Position numbers and translations under genes: made by a program. Shown here piece after piece: positions 1-12,700 of a stretch of DNA of 64,000 bases; positions within the stretch are counted from its first letter, which is position 1, and every line of letters begins with the position of its first letter. The notes under the pieces were generated by a model, which saw only the letters and a program-made list of their open reading frames with translations, ran no database searches and had not been told where the DNA came from. The stretch comes from Eledone cirrhosa (lineage: Eukaryota): contig OZ024740.1 in the NCBI GenBank assembly GCA_964016885.1, positions 410,006,001 through 410,070,000 of the forward strand, written 5' to 3'.

Positions 1-292
1 CTTCACTCTACATCAGACTATAGGTGAGGAAGATGAAAGACCAAGGGAGCACCCCTTCTCTGTGCTCCTGAGGAGAAGGGTTGCACACTTTTTTCGGGGG
101 TGTGTGCGACCCCCCAAGGCGCCTCCTCTCTATTGAGGATTTTGTTAAACATTTTATTTTTTGTTATATCTTATTTTATTTTTATATTTTGTTATTGCCT
201 CCTCCTTATTGAGGACGCCTTTTTGTGTAAACTCCCCCCTTTGTACTTGTCCCACTTTTGATGCCCTAGTGGCAAATAAAAGAAACATATAA
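1..292 (+). mobile_element. 3' UTR/tail of a Tx1/L1-type LINE, continuing from upstream of the window
   Basis: Ends ttgtacttgtccc...gccctagtggcaaataaaagaaacatataatt, resembling the 3' end of the Tx1 element at 13683-13760 read on the minus strand (ttgtattgtcccc...gcccttgtggccaataaatgaaatcattatt). Confidence 0.6.
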
Positions 293-297
293 TTTTA

Positions 298-486
298 AGC
301 GGTGGATTGGCAGTATCGGTAGAGGGTCGGACGCCATGCTTTCCAGCATAGTTACGTCCCTTTACTATCTGAGTTCAAATCCCGCCGAGGTTGACTTTGC
401 CTTTCATCCTTACGGGGTCGATAAAATAAAGTACCAGTAATACACTGGGTAATTGCTAGCCTTGTGCCTAAAGTAGAAACAATTAT
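298..486 (+). mobile_element. SINE family A (tRNA-like head, central domain, LINE-like tail)
   Basis: gcggtggattggcagtatcggtagagggtcggacgcc...gagttcaaatccc (B-box-like)...gcctttcatccttacggggtcgataaaataaagtaccag...gccttgtgcctaaagtagaaacaatta. About 20 copies occur in the window; this one is flanked by tataatttt direct repeats. Confidence 0.9.
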
Positions 487-1203
487 CTTATAATTTTCAT
501 CTTTTAATATACTATCTTTCCTAGTCATGACCTTAATTTATATTCACCTAAAAACTCCATACAACACAACTCAACATTTAATTTTTACATTCCTTTTAAA
601 CTTCACTATACCAGATACATTCAACTATCAATTTGACAATCCCCTTCTTCCTAATAGATTTCTTATAGCAATTCTATTATTAACACCATTCAACCATTCC
701 TTTCAAAGGGTCATGACCTCAACTAAAGTGAACTATTTTTCATCTTAACATCATATGGAAAAAAACAATCTGATTGGTTTGTTCTTCAGCTACCTCCAAA
801 TAAGGTCATAGAACTAAACTTACTACTAATTTACTACTAATTTTGAATAAAATTATTATTGCTTTTGACAACAGCTGGTGATATGCATGTAAGTAAATAT
901 TTTCCTTATTTGATATTTTGTAACTAACCTTACATAGATCGATAACGAAATATAGTTACGATGTATTACCATCACCTAGAAACGATCGTAAAGCAGTGAA
1001 GTATATTTCTAATGACTTGATTTTTTATTTCATTGTTTTAACTTATATCATGACTCTGTTTTCCTTTTAATGTTTTATTGTTTTCCGGGATTTATTTTAA
1101 CCTACAACATTTTCAACATATGGATTACATTGAGTTCTTCATGCAGAATAGACTCCACAACTCCACAACTTACCGTGGATATCTCTGTGTATATATATAT
1201 ATC

Positions 1204-1540
1204 AATAATCACTCAATGAAAAATTGTTCCGAATAGAGCGATAATTCAGAGCCCACTCATAAAAGATAGTATTGTAGAGACAACATATTTAATATCTTGC
1301 ATAGACATAAAACAAGGCATAAGAAAGGGATAGTAAGTAAATTAACTTCCAATTAAAATGGTTAATTACAATTCTTAGAACCTAGACAAATCTGTTTCAA
1401 GTTGGCATAAGCATGCCAATTAGACAAATAAATAGCGAAGTTAAGATAAAAGCTGTCTTCAGTAGGTATATCTTATAACTATACAAGATATCACCCAGCC
1501 ACCATGAAGGCAACGTCGAAATGATGACTCGACTATAAAT
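1204..1540 (-). mobile_element. Short non-coding hammerhead-carrying unit between (TA)n tracts, probably PLE-derived
   Basis: Bounded by (TA)n at about 1189-1203 and 1541-1560; contains the hammerhead motif at 1380-1467. Confidence 0.5.
1380..1467 (-). ncRNA. Minimal type-I hammerhead ribozyme motif
   Basis: Minus strand reads accta CTGAAGA ...ttggcatgcttatgccaactt GAAA cagatttg TC taggt. Stem I is accta/taggt, stem III is near-palindromic and the triplet is GUC. The base of stem II is imperfect. Confidence 0.6.
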
Positions 1541-1563
1541 TTATATATATATATATATAATAC

Positions 1564-1635
<72 letters not shown>
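1541..1635. repeat. (TA)n + (GA)n microsatellite
   Basis: Read directly from the sequence. Confidence 0.95.
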
Positions 1636-1639
<4 letters not shown>

Positions 1640-2627
1640 AGCTGTTCTAAATATTTTGGCGTTGTTGATACCCAACATTCTTATACGAGAGAGCTTCTAT
1701 GTGGCTGCTCAATCTGCTAGAAATAATAGTCACTACTCCCTTAAATAAGATAGCTCTAAAAAGACTTCGTTGTCACGATTGGAATATATTTAGTCATGAG
1801 TGTGCTTGATTAGGGTTGACCTGATCTTGAACAACAACAGATTTGAGCGAACGAGAGAGCCTCCATGTGGTTGTTTGACATACGAAAATTAGCAAGATCA
1901 ATTTACACACTACTGTTATAAAAAGGATGGGCACTTTGGTTAATATAATCATTGATGTACTGTGTCCGAGAAAAGTGTGATGGTCATAACTGGAATACTT
2001 TTGTTCATAGGTCTGCTTGATAAAAGCTGACCTAGAGCAAAACAATAGCATCTACATATTAAAACCATATCAATTATTGAAGGCTAGGAGGTCAGTTGGC
2101 ATAGGTTTTCTATTAAAATTATATGTCAGATGGATTGATTTTCATTGGTGTTTGATCATGCGTGCTCATGAGTTAATCAACTGACATTAGGAACACCATT
2201 GAAGATGGACCAAGGTGTAGCTGAAATCTTAGCGAATGTTTCTTCGGATATAGGGAAACATATTAAACTTTCTCAACAATCCATCTGGAGTTATTCTTGA
2301 AATGTGCAATGAAGTCAAAGAAAAGCAAGATGATGTACTTTTGATCGGGAATTATGAGGTAACACAATTTGATCCATAAATTTAAACAGATGCACATGAT
2401 GATACTACCAAACAGGATATGATATATATAGCTGTGAGGGATATTTTTATATCAACATTCTTGTGGATGTTGTTTTGTATGATCACTTGGGTTGGGAGGT
2501 ATATAGGTTAGGCTGTATATCCTGCCGAGATTTACATAATTTTATATTCTTTATGAAGTGTGTTTATTTTGCGGATCATGAAATTATTTTGTAATAATCA
2601 AACACGATAAATTACGTAATACTCAAT

Positions 2628-3005
2628 TCATCATCATCATCATTATTTTATGTCCGCTTTTCCCTGCTTGCAAGGGACGGGTTATATTCAGCACAGCATC
2701 TCTCCACTTGTCACGGTCCTTCGTCATCTTCTCCATGAGCTTCAGCAATCTGAGGTCTGCTCTCACCACCCCCGCCCATGTTTTTCATGGATTTCCTCTA
2801 TTGCGTCTTCCTTCTACTGGCATTTCTTGGCACTTCTTTACCCAGCGGTCATCCTCCATGCGCATCACATGTCCATACCATCGCAGTCTTCTCTACCGCA
2901 CACTACAACTTATCCCTCTTAAACACAGCTTCTCTCTCCACACATCCATGCCCGGTCGCTCACGCACATTGACATTGCACATCCAACGGAGCATGCTTGC
3001 TTCAA
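2628..3005 (-). mobile_element. RTE-clade LINE 3' fragment
   Basis: Minus strand translates to RRLRWYGHVMRMEDDRWVKKCQEMPVEGRRNRG...DRDKWR, a typical RTE C-terminus. It ends in a (GAT)n tail. Confidence 0.85.
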
Positions 3006-3274
3006 TTGTATAAGTATATTATAAATGTTGAATTTCGAAATATAACCTTGGTTGTAAAATACAGTTTGAAACTCGCTTTTAGTAGATGCTTTTAATTCGT
3101 TAAAATTATTTGGAAATATTAAGCAAGAATTATTGATTGTGAAGATTTAAAAAATCGATAAAACTATGAATTCTTTATGAGAGAGATTTGTTACAGTTAA
3201 AAAGTTGCTGTACCATATGGAGATTTTTAAATAACATAAAAGATTTTCCAGATAAAATAAACCAAGATCAGCAT

Positions 3275-3570
3275 GCCTAAGTGTGTGGCCTTGTGGTAAG
3301 GGTGTAGGACATACGAACATACGATCATAATGTCATGGGTTCGATTCCTTGACTTGGTTGTGTATTGTGTTCTTAAATAAAACACTTCATTTCACGTTAA
3401 TCCAGTATACTCAGCTGGAAATAAGTACCAGCAATAGCTGGGTGTTTAGCCCCACGACGGACAGGCGTCATCTCCAGGGGGGAGTCTGGTACTCTTAGTC
3501 GCTTCACACCACGGAAACCGGGATAAACACCAGCCTTATGAACCTCTGGGATCGAGACAGACTTTAGACA
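3275..3570 (+). mobile_element. tRNA-derived SINE (family B-like)
   Basis: A box gtggccttgtggtaagg, B box gggttcgattcc, then a central acacttcatttcacg...actcagctg segment also seen at 5873-6115 and 52263-52516. Confidence 0.7.
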
Positions 3571-4005
3571 TTTTTTTAGCATTGTCGGAAGATAAGTTAA
3601 GTTACCAAGATAATAGTGATATTAATGTATGTTATCTCTTGACTGAAGTAAATATTTCAAAATAATTATTTTCTGGCAATGTAAAGCTTCCTAGAGAAAC
3701 CGTTAGAATCAACAGTAATAAGTTACAGGAATTCATGCCAAATTTGTAGGATGTATTTAGAATAAGGTTTATGGTACTTATAAGTAGAGCCATGGGAAAA
3801 AGAAGGATTAGTAAGTTAAATCTTCGACAAACATTTACTCACGACACAATGCAAATTAAATTCTTTGGCAATTTTGTCAATAGAAAACGATATTGGGTAA
3901 AATAGAAGCTTTAGTAAACTAAAGCTTCTACAGACATATTTGCGGTCATCCATAACTCAGGACAAATTTAATTCTTTGGAAATTTTGTCAATAGAAAACA
4001 ATATT

Positions 4006-4187
4006 TGTTTCTACTTTTGGCACAATGCCAGCAATTATCCCAGTGTATTACTGGTACTTTATTTTATCGACTCCGTAAGGATGAAAGGCAAAGTTAACCT
4101 CGGCAGGATTTGAACTCAGACCACAAAGGGCCGCAACTCTTTGCTGCAAAGCATGGCGCCAGACCCTCTACCGATACTGCCAATCCC
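4006..4187 (-). mobile_element. SINE family A
   Basis: Reverse complement of the family A sequence, flanked by aaaacaatatt direct repeats. Confidence 0.85.
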
Positions 4188-5014
4188 AAAACAATATTGG
4201 GGGAAAGATAGATATAGAAAGTGCATCATTTAGGTATTCTCTTAATCACCTGTCCTTCAGTCAGTGCGTCGAGATGCATTACTATAAAACCGTGATATGT
4301 GTAGAAGTGTGTAAGAATGTGTGAGTGTGTGAGAATGTGTGAGTGTGTGTGTCTGTGTGTAATACTATGTTTGTAAATAGAACATTGAAGTAAGGTGCCT
4401 CAATATCCCGGTTAATTGTATTCTATATAACATCTAACCAATAAAAAGATTACTCCCACTAAATCCATGCTAAAGAGATGAAAATCGAATCAATTAATTT
4501 AAAAGCTCTGAAGGTCATTAGTGTTGGAGAATTCTCTTAATTATTCATACTGTAGAAAATTAACTATTCCCACAGACCTTGATGAAATTCTGTGATTATT
4601 GCAATTACACAAGAGACCAAACACAAGGGACTAGCTTATCGTCACGTCTGACCGTTACTATAGCAAGTGTTATTCATTTTAAACGAGGTTAACACCAGTG
4701 ATAATTAAGTTAACTAGCAGAAAAACCATCCTTCGGATGGTTTTCTGCTAGCATGTGTAGTGTGTATATTGATATTATACGCAAGTATACATGTAGATAT
4801 GATACATCAAATAACATCGTAATTGACAATATACACAGAAATTGAACGAAGACTGCCTTACACTGTCTTATGTAATCAGTAACGTAATCCATGATACATT
4901 AAAGAGAGACGATATTATATATAAACTGCATTAGGAGAAAATTAGTGACGGAAATATATGAATGTTTATATAAGCGATCGCTAACCGGAATGTTGACATT
5001 TGAAAATTTTAAAG

Positions 5015-5200
5015 AAGTGAATCTTTAAATATACAATAAAATATATTTAATCAACAACTACGAAATTTAGTAGATAAATTATGTAATATTCATTCATTAT
5101 TTATTCAAAGTAATCCAACTTATTTTACTTATGGGATAAAAAATTATAAACCGTACGCAGTTCCGCACTCCTTACTTTACTATAGTTTAGATATTCAGTT
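5015..5200 (+). repeat. Unclassified AT-rich dispersed repeat, with an inverted copy at about 35965-36150
   Basis: 5059-5127 is the exact reverse complement of 36034-36102 (69 bp); the flanks are diverged but alignable. Confidence 0.8.
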
Positions 5201-5269
5201 TTTGCTTCTATTGCCAGTCAGATAATCATAATTTCAGGCACATTATAGATGCCATGGTTTAAAAGCAGG

Positions 5270-5790
5270 AATGATTCTCTCAATCTCAAGTGTTCTTTTT
5301 TTTTTCATTGACCCCGAGAAGGATGAAATGAAAAATTCCATCACGCTTGGATTTGAAGTCAGAATGTTACATAAAATAACTATATACTACAAGACATTTT
5401 GTTCGGCGCTCTACCGATCCATCATCTTCTAAATATTTTCTATTTTGGAGTGGCAGATATAGTCAATTAAATCGGCACACCACTTGACTAATACCTTATT
5501 TTCACTGGGAATTGAACACGGAATGTAAAATGATATAACAATATACTTTAAGGTAATTTGTTCGGTGCTCTACTCATTCTGCCATCCACCACCTTTTTTT
5601 AAAAGGTAAATATTGATTTTTCTCGACAGAATCATTAAAGCGAAGGACGAAATTCATTGCAGCATTTAGTTACGGTCCTTTATGATCTGAGTTCAAATGC
5701 CTCACTGGGGTGGGGTGGGGTTAGATAATATGAAGTACCAGTCAAGTACTGAATTGGAGTTAATCGACTAATCACTCCCACAGGATGTGT
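5270..5790. mobile_element. Cluster of degenerate SINE A-related copies
   Basis: Diverged gaccccgagaaggatgaaa...ggatttgaagtcag on the minus strand and gatctgagttcaaat...gtaccagt on the plus strand. Confidence 0.55.
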
Positions 5791-5872
5791 GGTCTTCACA
5801 AATTTGTATGGGAGAATGTGCAGTTGAATAAATAGATCCCGGTACTTTACCAGAAGATTGTCGTTGTTGTTG

Positions 5873-6115
5873 TTGTTACAGCTCACACCTATGCAGGTTT
5901 AGCTGGTCTCCTCCAAGGTATATCTCGTTGGAGGTGTCTTGGGTGATTTAATGATAGGCACCCCAGTCCTATCATCTCATTTCTGAGTAAACTGGAGCAA
6001 CGTGAAATAAAGTGTCTTGCTCAAGGAAACAACACATCACCTGGTCTGAGAATTGAACTCAGAACCTTTCGATTGCAAGCCCAATTCTCTAACCACTAAG
6101 CCCTTCGCCTTCACA
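5873..6115 (-). mobile_element. tRNA-derived SINE family B
   Basis: Near-identical to 52263-52516. The minus strand has tRNA-like ggcttagtggttagag...gagttcaattctc boxes and an (AAC)n tail. Confidence 0.8.
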
Positions 6116-6348
6116 CTAGAAGATTCTTTAATAGAGGTCTAAGTTCAAATCTGTTGCAGGTATTTCTTAGTATTTATAGAGAGAATTTCTTTGTTTTTCT
6201 TTTATACTATTATAGCTATAGACATATCACCATAAAATACCGCCTGTGGTGGACTTGTGTGTTATCCCGGGATATATTTATCAATACTAACAACACCTAT
6301 TGCTGGTTGCTTTATCACGTCAGATTATCACCCTATCCTATATTTATC

Positions 6349-6542
6349 CAGACCTGTCAACCTCTAAAAACCCAAACGGGGAGTATCATGAAAAAAAGTG
6401 CCCAAAAACGGGGAGAAATGAGGTAGATAGAGAGATTTTACATAATGAAAGCTATACCCATTTTCACAAGGGAAGATATCTCTTACACACCCCAAAGTTA
6501 GTGGGAGATTTCCCCGTTGGACGGAGAGAGTTGACAGGTCTG
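6349..6542. mobile_element. MITE (hAT-like termini), copy 1
   Basis: TIR cagacctgtcaac...gttgacaggtctg; a second copy lies in the opposite orientation at 8367-8543. Confidence 0.75.
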
Positions 6543-6834
6543 TTGTATCTAATAAATATGCATACAAACGTAGAAAGAAATGAACACCCATAATAAATGA
6601 TTCGAGTATTTAACTTATATAGTGAAAATTGGCTATGATATTCGTAACATTGTTTCCTTCTTTTATTATCAGAATATTGCAATATTTTTGTAGTTGATCG
6701 TTAAACAACATTATTGTTATTGACAGCAATGATTTATTGTAAACACAAGAATGAGAATCTTATTTTATTTGATTAGATTTTAATCTAAATATTTTAATTT
6801 CGAAAATTAGTATTCATTTCATGCCCGTAGTATC

Positions 6835-7093
6835 AGAGTTGTGATCATGTGGTTAGAATGTCTCAGTAAAGAATCGCTGGTCAGATTCTACGGGCAAAAC
6901 CAACCGGCAGGAGACCGAGGGGTAGACCTCAAGCAAGATGGTTGGTTAACATTCATGAGCTTCGCTGGTCTCACTTGGGGATCGAGCCGGATCAGTTGGA
7001 GACGGTTGCTTTTGACAGGACCCACTGGAAGGAGTGTTTGAGGACTCTGTCTCCACGACCCTCTCAGGATTAAGTGGAAGAAGAAGAAGAAGA
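6835..7093 (+). mobile_element. RTE-clade LINE 3' fragment
   Basis: Translates to HVVRMSQ*RIAGQILRAKPTGRRPRGRPQARW...LSPRP, followed by a (GAA)n tail. Confidence 0.8.
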
Positions 7094-7116
7094 ATTCATT
7101 TCATTATTTTCTAATA

Positions 7117-7309
7117 GCGGTGGATTGGCAGTATCGGTAGAGGGTCGGACGCCATGCTTTCTAGTATAGTTACGTCCCTTTACGCTTTACGGTCTGAGTT
7201 CAAATCCCGTCGAGGTTAAATTTGCCTTTCATCCTTACGGGGTCGATAAAATAAAGTACCAGTAATGTGCTGGATAATTGCTGACCTTGTGCCAAAAGTA
7301 GAAACAATT
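7117..7309 (+). mobile_element. SINE family A
   Basis: Full-length copy flanked by attattttcta direct repeats. Confidence 0.9.
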
Positions 7310-8366
7310 ATTTTCTATAAGCAACACGAAATTCGAAAAGAAGTAAATTATTGCACCTACGTAACATTAACTGAAATGATGAGCTTTATGCCATGAATTG
7401 GAGTTAAGCTCCGGATCTCAAATGTCGTTCGTTGCATTAGGAGTTAAAATCAGATGTATATTAGTAGTATTTATGTTATTAACTTTAATAAAATAAAATA
7501 AAATTCGGCACCCGCTGAATTTGAACCTGGTCTGAAGGTTTGCAAGAAATTGGACTCTGATAAATCAAAGTGATGGATTAATATCTCACCCAAAATAGGT
7601 AAATTGATACGACGAGCTTTCAAACAGTCTTTGTTAACTCAATTTTAAGTCTTGGATCGCCTCACGGCTATAGCAGAAAGTACATACCCAAAGTACGGTA
7701 CAGTGGACTCGAAACCCAAACCCTGTGATTAGGAAACGATCCTCTTAACTACAAGGCTATGCTAACTACTTATACTTCATCTATTGTAAGATGTGCAGAA
7801 CACCATTTTTATTTATAACAACCTAAGCACGTATTTCCCTAATATTTTGTCGGGACTTTTAAATGAAATATATTTCTTTCTTATACTTATTTCATTTCTT
7901 TTAATTTATTTTGTCTTTTAATTCAAATTAAGATAGACATTTTCTGTCTATTGTTCTAAAACTTGAGACGCATTTATTTATTTGTTTATTCACTGTCTAC
8001 GATTCATTTATTGAATCGACCAATTCTGAAATAAAGAGTTCAAATTAATTTCTCTATAGAACATTTTGTTTGTTATGTGTCATCTATCTATTTACAGGCT
8101 GATCAATTCTGATTTCAATCAATAATACACCCCACTCCCACACACATATAATTCTCAAGATGTTCAACTTAGTCTTGAGGCTAGCTTTATTTTCACAAAG
8201 GATATATTCTCTCTACCATTTCGAACTGAAGTTTTGCTGACACGAAACCTTTTTATAAAGGAAGAGAAGGGCATCCGTCATAAATTCAGCAAGAACTGCA
8301 CAATCTCCCCCTCTAATTCAACTCCAAAGATCACTGCAATTAGCATCGGCCACCAACAACGAACTG

Positions 8367-8543
8367 CAGACCTATCAACTCTCCCCGTCCGACGGGGAGA
8401 TCTTCCACCCACTTTGGGGTGGGTGAGAAATGGGTATAGCTTTCATTATGTAAAATCTCACCATTTTGCCTCATCTCTCCCCGTTTTGAGGCACTTTATT
8501 TCATGGTACTCCTCGTTTGGGTTTTTAGAGGTTGGTAGATAAG
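8367..8543. mobile_element. MITE (hAT-like termini), copy 2
   Basis: Reverse-complement homologue of 6349-6542. Confidence 0.7.
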
Positions 8544-9383
8544 CAACTGCTACACTATGATTGCCACTGTTGCTACCTCCACACAAACAGCAACAATATT
8601 ACAATAGTCATGCAATCTGCACGCAACATTACCATGACCAACAATACACGCACCACCACTTAAACTAACAACACAGAGTCGGTTAACTTGCTGGATATAA
8701 CAGTCAGATCCGTTAAATTAAGCTTTACTGTCTTGGAAATGGAGAGTCTCTGTAGTTCCAGATATACAATTCTAGAGTGAGAGATATTTTGCGAAACATC
8801 ATTTCAATTTTTTTTTCAGTCATTTCGTTCATTTCATCGATTGTTCTTCTCTTCGATTTCACACTCTTCTTCCAAATTAACAAGCTTTTGATCAGTAAAC
8901 CCTTCCCGTGTCATTCAAGTAAATGACGAATTATTTAATCGAAACGAAGCCTTCTTTCAACGTTAATTATTTCTTCGATAACTTTCGCTTGTTAGAGAAG
9001 GCCAACTTGATAGCACAATTGCAGTAAAATATGTTTTCAAACAAGTCTTTCTCGTGATTCAAGAATATTTCCTATATATTAAATTGCTTCCAAAATTTTA
9101 CTGGGTACGCAAACATCTTTAATACTTATAAAAATAATAACCCTTAAAAGAAGTAATTACTCATAATTTGTGAACGCGATCTCGTGTTTGGGGAGAAAAC
9201 AACTCCTTCCTTATTTTCAACACGAGTCACGTGACTAAGTGAAGTTAGATCCTCAAGAGCGTAGTCGAAAGTTAATAAAGCATTATAAAACTACTGATTG
9301 GAAATTTAGCGCTGAGGACTATAAAATTACATTTGAGTTTTGAAATAGTCTTTTCTTTTATGTGTTTGTGTTATCAACTCATC

Positions 9384-9441
<58 letters not shown>

Positions 9442-9700
9442 AATTTAGATAAGTATGGTACCAGGAAAAACAGGAATAGCTAGGCAGGAAAAATTGGTCA
9501 GAAGGAGAAATTTATTTAGAGTTCATTGTTTAACATATGTTTCTGTACAATAACCGTCTACGTACGCTGACTGCAAAATCCATGGTCAATCGTATATTTT
9601 ACGTAATGAATTATTATACTTCATCGGAAAGAGAAAAAATGTTATATATATATATATACACATACATACATGCATACATACATACATACATACATACATA

Positions 9701-12700
9701 CATGATGATGGCTGCCCCCTCGTTATCGAGTATGGCCATTGCACGAGAAAAAAAAAACAATATATATATACATATACATATATATATATACACACACACA
9801 TACATACATACATATATACATATACACACACATATATATACATACACATATATTAATAACAATAATAATAATAACAACAATAATAATAACGACAACAACA
9901 ACAATAATAATATACATATACATATATATATACACACACACGCACACACATAAACATATCTATACACACACACACACACGATAGCAACTAACAGCGCTGC
10001 GATCGAATGTGGCTTTTTAGCCCAGCCAATGATGTAAAATGTCTTGCACGGAGTCGGCAACCAAAACATTCACTGGGAATAGCCGGCTGTGGTTGGAGTT
10101 CATGTACTTTTGCATGTCGCTTGAGCCCTCCTGCTGATTTACATTCTCTACCACATGCTTGGCAAGCATGATGAGTAGCATCTCCAACAGCAGCCTGGTA
10201 GTCAACCACTGGTCTTACTTTATGACTGCGAAGATGACTTTCGAGTCCAGCTTTGCTTAGGTAGAGTCTCGCACAGACGCTGCATGTCAGCACCATAGGA
10301 GGATCCTCGCCGTCTGGAAGTGCAACAGCAATGCCCTTCCTCACATCCCGCTTTACTTTCTCGTATGCGATTCGAGATACCTCAAAGGCAACTTTTCCCT
10401 CATATACAGTCTTTCTCCATTTATTACGATCAGCAGCAATATTTTCCCATCTATCAGCAGAGATGTTAGCGTCTTTCAAAGAGGCTTTCAAGGAATCCTT
10501 ATACCTCTTTTTTGGTTTATGTGGCGGTCGTTTTCCTTTAACTAACTCTCCATAAAAGAGTTGCTTTGGTATTAAAGAATTCTTCATCCTGGCAAGGTGA
10601 CCACTCCAACGGAGTCGTTGCTTAAGCAAAAGAGCTTCTATACTGTCACACATAGAGCTTTCCAAAATCTCGACATCACTGATGTGGTCCCTCCAGTAAA
10701 CGCCATGGATCCGTCTGAGACACATCTGATGGAAACGCTCCAATTGCTTAAGGTGGTGTCGATATGTGTCCCAGGTCTCGCAGGCATAAAGAAGACAAGA
10801 GAGCACACATGCCTTGTACACCTTTACCTTTGTCCTCCTGCATATGTCTCGCCGACCCCAGAGTCGCCTTTCTAGCTTTCCGAAAGCATCACTTGCTTTC
10901 CTAATCCTAAGTGAGATTTCACTATCAAGGTTTCTGTATTGATTGACAGTGCTTCCCAGGTAGACAAACTGATCAACCACTCCAAGTCGTTTACCATACA
11001 CATAGATATTTGGTTCAGTGTACTGCTTACCAGGGGTAGGTTGGTACATGGCGACGGTTTTCTTGAGACTGACAGTCAATCCTAGGGCAGTGTAAGCGTC
11101 AGAAAATGCATTCAAAATGTGCTGCATATCACTCTCTGTGTGCGCTACAAGATCGCAATCATCTGCATACAAGAGGTCTCTTATGATTGATGTAAATACT
11201 TTTGTCTTTGCAGCAAAGCGCCTGATGTTAAATGTGCTGCCTGAGGTTCGATATCAGATGTAAACACCATGCTCGCAATTCCTGAATACAATACAGAAAA
11301 CCATTGCAAAGTATATGGCAAACTGGGCCGGTGCTGGAATATCCCCCTGTTTCACTTCATTTTTTACTGAGATAGGCTCCGACATGTTACCTCCGACATT
11401 AACCCAAGCCTTCATGTCGTCATGGAAAGACCTAACTAAAGCAAGGAACTTATCAGGGCAACCAAGTTTCTGGAGAACCTTCCATAATACATCTCTGTTA
11501 ACAGTATCGAAAGCTTTTGTCAGATCGACAAAAACCTGATACAGATCCAAACTTTGTTCCATGCACTTCTCCTGGAGCTGTCTAGAGGAGAAGATCATAT
11601 CAGTAGTGCCGCGTCCAGCACGAAAACCAGATTGACTTCAGGAAGAACACAATCTGCAGTGTGTGTCAGCAAACGGTCCAGAAGCACCCTACATAAAACT
11701 TTCCCTACGACAGAAAGCAATGATATACCTCTCTAGTTCCCACAATCATTCCTGTTACCCTTTCCCTTGTACAAGACCCCCATTACTGCATCTCTCCAGT
11801 CTTCAGGTACGGATTCATTAGCCCATATCCTGCCAAACAAAGAGTGATGATGTTGCAGGAGTCTCTCACCACCATATTGTAGGAGCTCAGCATGTATGCC
11901 ATCCATACCTGGAGACCTTCCACTGTTCAGCTTCGAGATAGCCACTGCAACCTCCACAAGCGTCGGAGGTTCTGCGAGAGCTACTTTCACAGGACTTTCT
12001 GGAATGAGATTGAGGAAATCTTCACTGACGACAGACGGCTGATTCAAAAGATCATCAAAGTGCTCTCGCCACCTTCGTAGAATTCCTTGTGAGTCACGAA
12101 GAAGTTCTTTGCCATCCTTGCTGCGAAGCGGTGTCACCAGAGAAGAAGACGGTCCATAAACCTCACGCAAGAGACTGTACAACAGCTTTGTGTTATTGGA
12201 ATCTGACGCAGTTTGTATCTCACAAGCCTTCTCCCTCCACCACTGATCCTTCATCTGAGAAAGACTCCGCCTAACACGTGATTTTACATCCTTGAGTTCC
12301 TCATTCAACGTATTCCTCTCCTGTGGTTTTTCCGTCAAGTAGTGTGACAGAGCACGCCTCTTATCAGCCAACAAGTCTTCTATGTGTACATCATTCTCAT
12401 TAAACCAGTCTTGATGTTTTCTCTGCACCAATCCCAGAACACGCCTGCCTACATCATAAACCGACTTTTTAAGGGTCGGCCAATCCTCACCAAGATCTGC
12501 AGCCTGCATCTCTTCTTCCAATGTCCTCTTCACATTTTTATCCTTAAGACGAGCAGCATTCAATTTTTGGGCAGGGCAATACCAGGAGCCCGGATTTTAC
12601 GTTTAGTGATTAGTTTCACTTTTGCGCGTACCAGGCGGTGGTCCGTCCAGCACTCAGCTCCACGAAGAGCACGAACACACTGCACATCCTGTCTGTCACG

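Noticed and set aside
3275-3350. Functional tRNA genes (also SINE heads and 28190-28250)
   Set aside because: Only A/B boxes are present, with no complete cloverleaf, and they are embedded in repeats.
9310-9352. Hammerhead-like ctgagga...gaaatagtc (also ttgaaga...gaaa near 2200)
   Set aside because: Stems I and II do not pair.
9537-10069. ORFs rich in YI/HT/CV repeats (also 27602-27994, 33754-34908, 37258-37642, 50241-50493)
   Set aside because: Translation artefacts of microsatellites.
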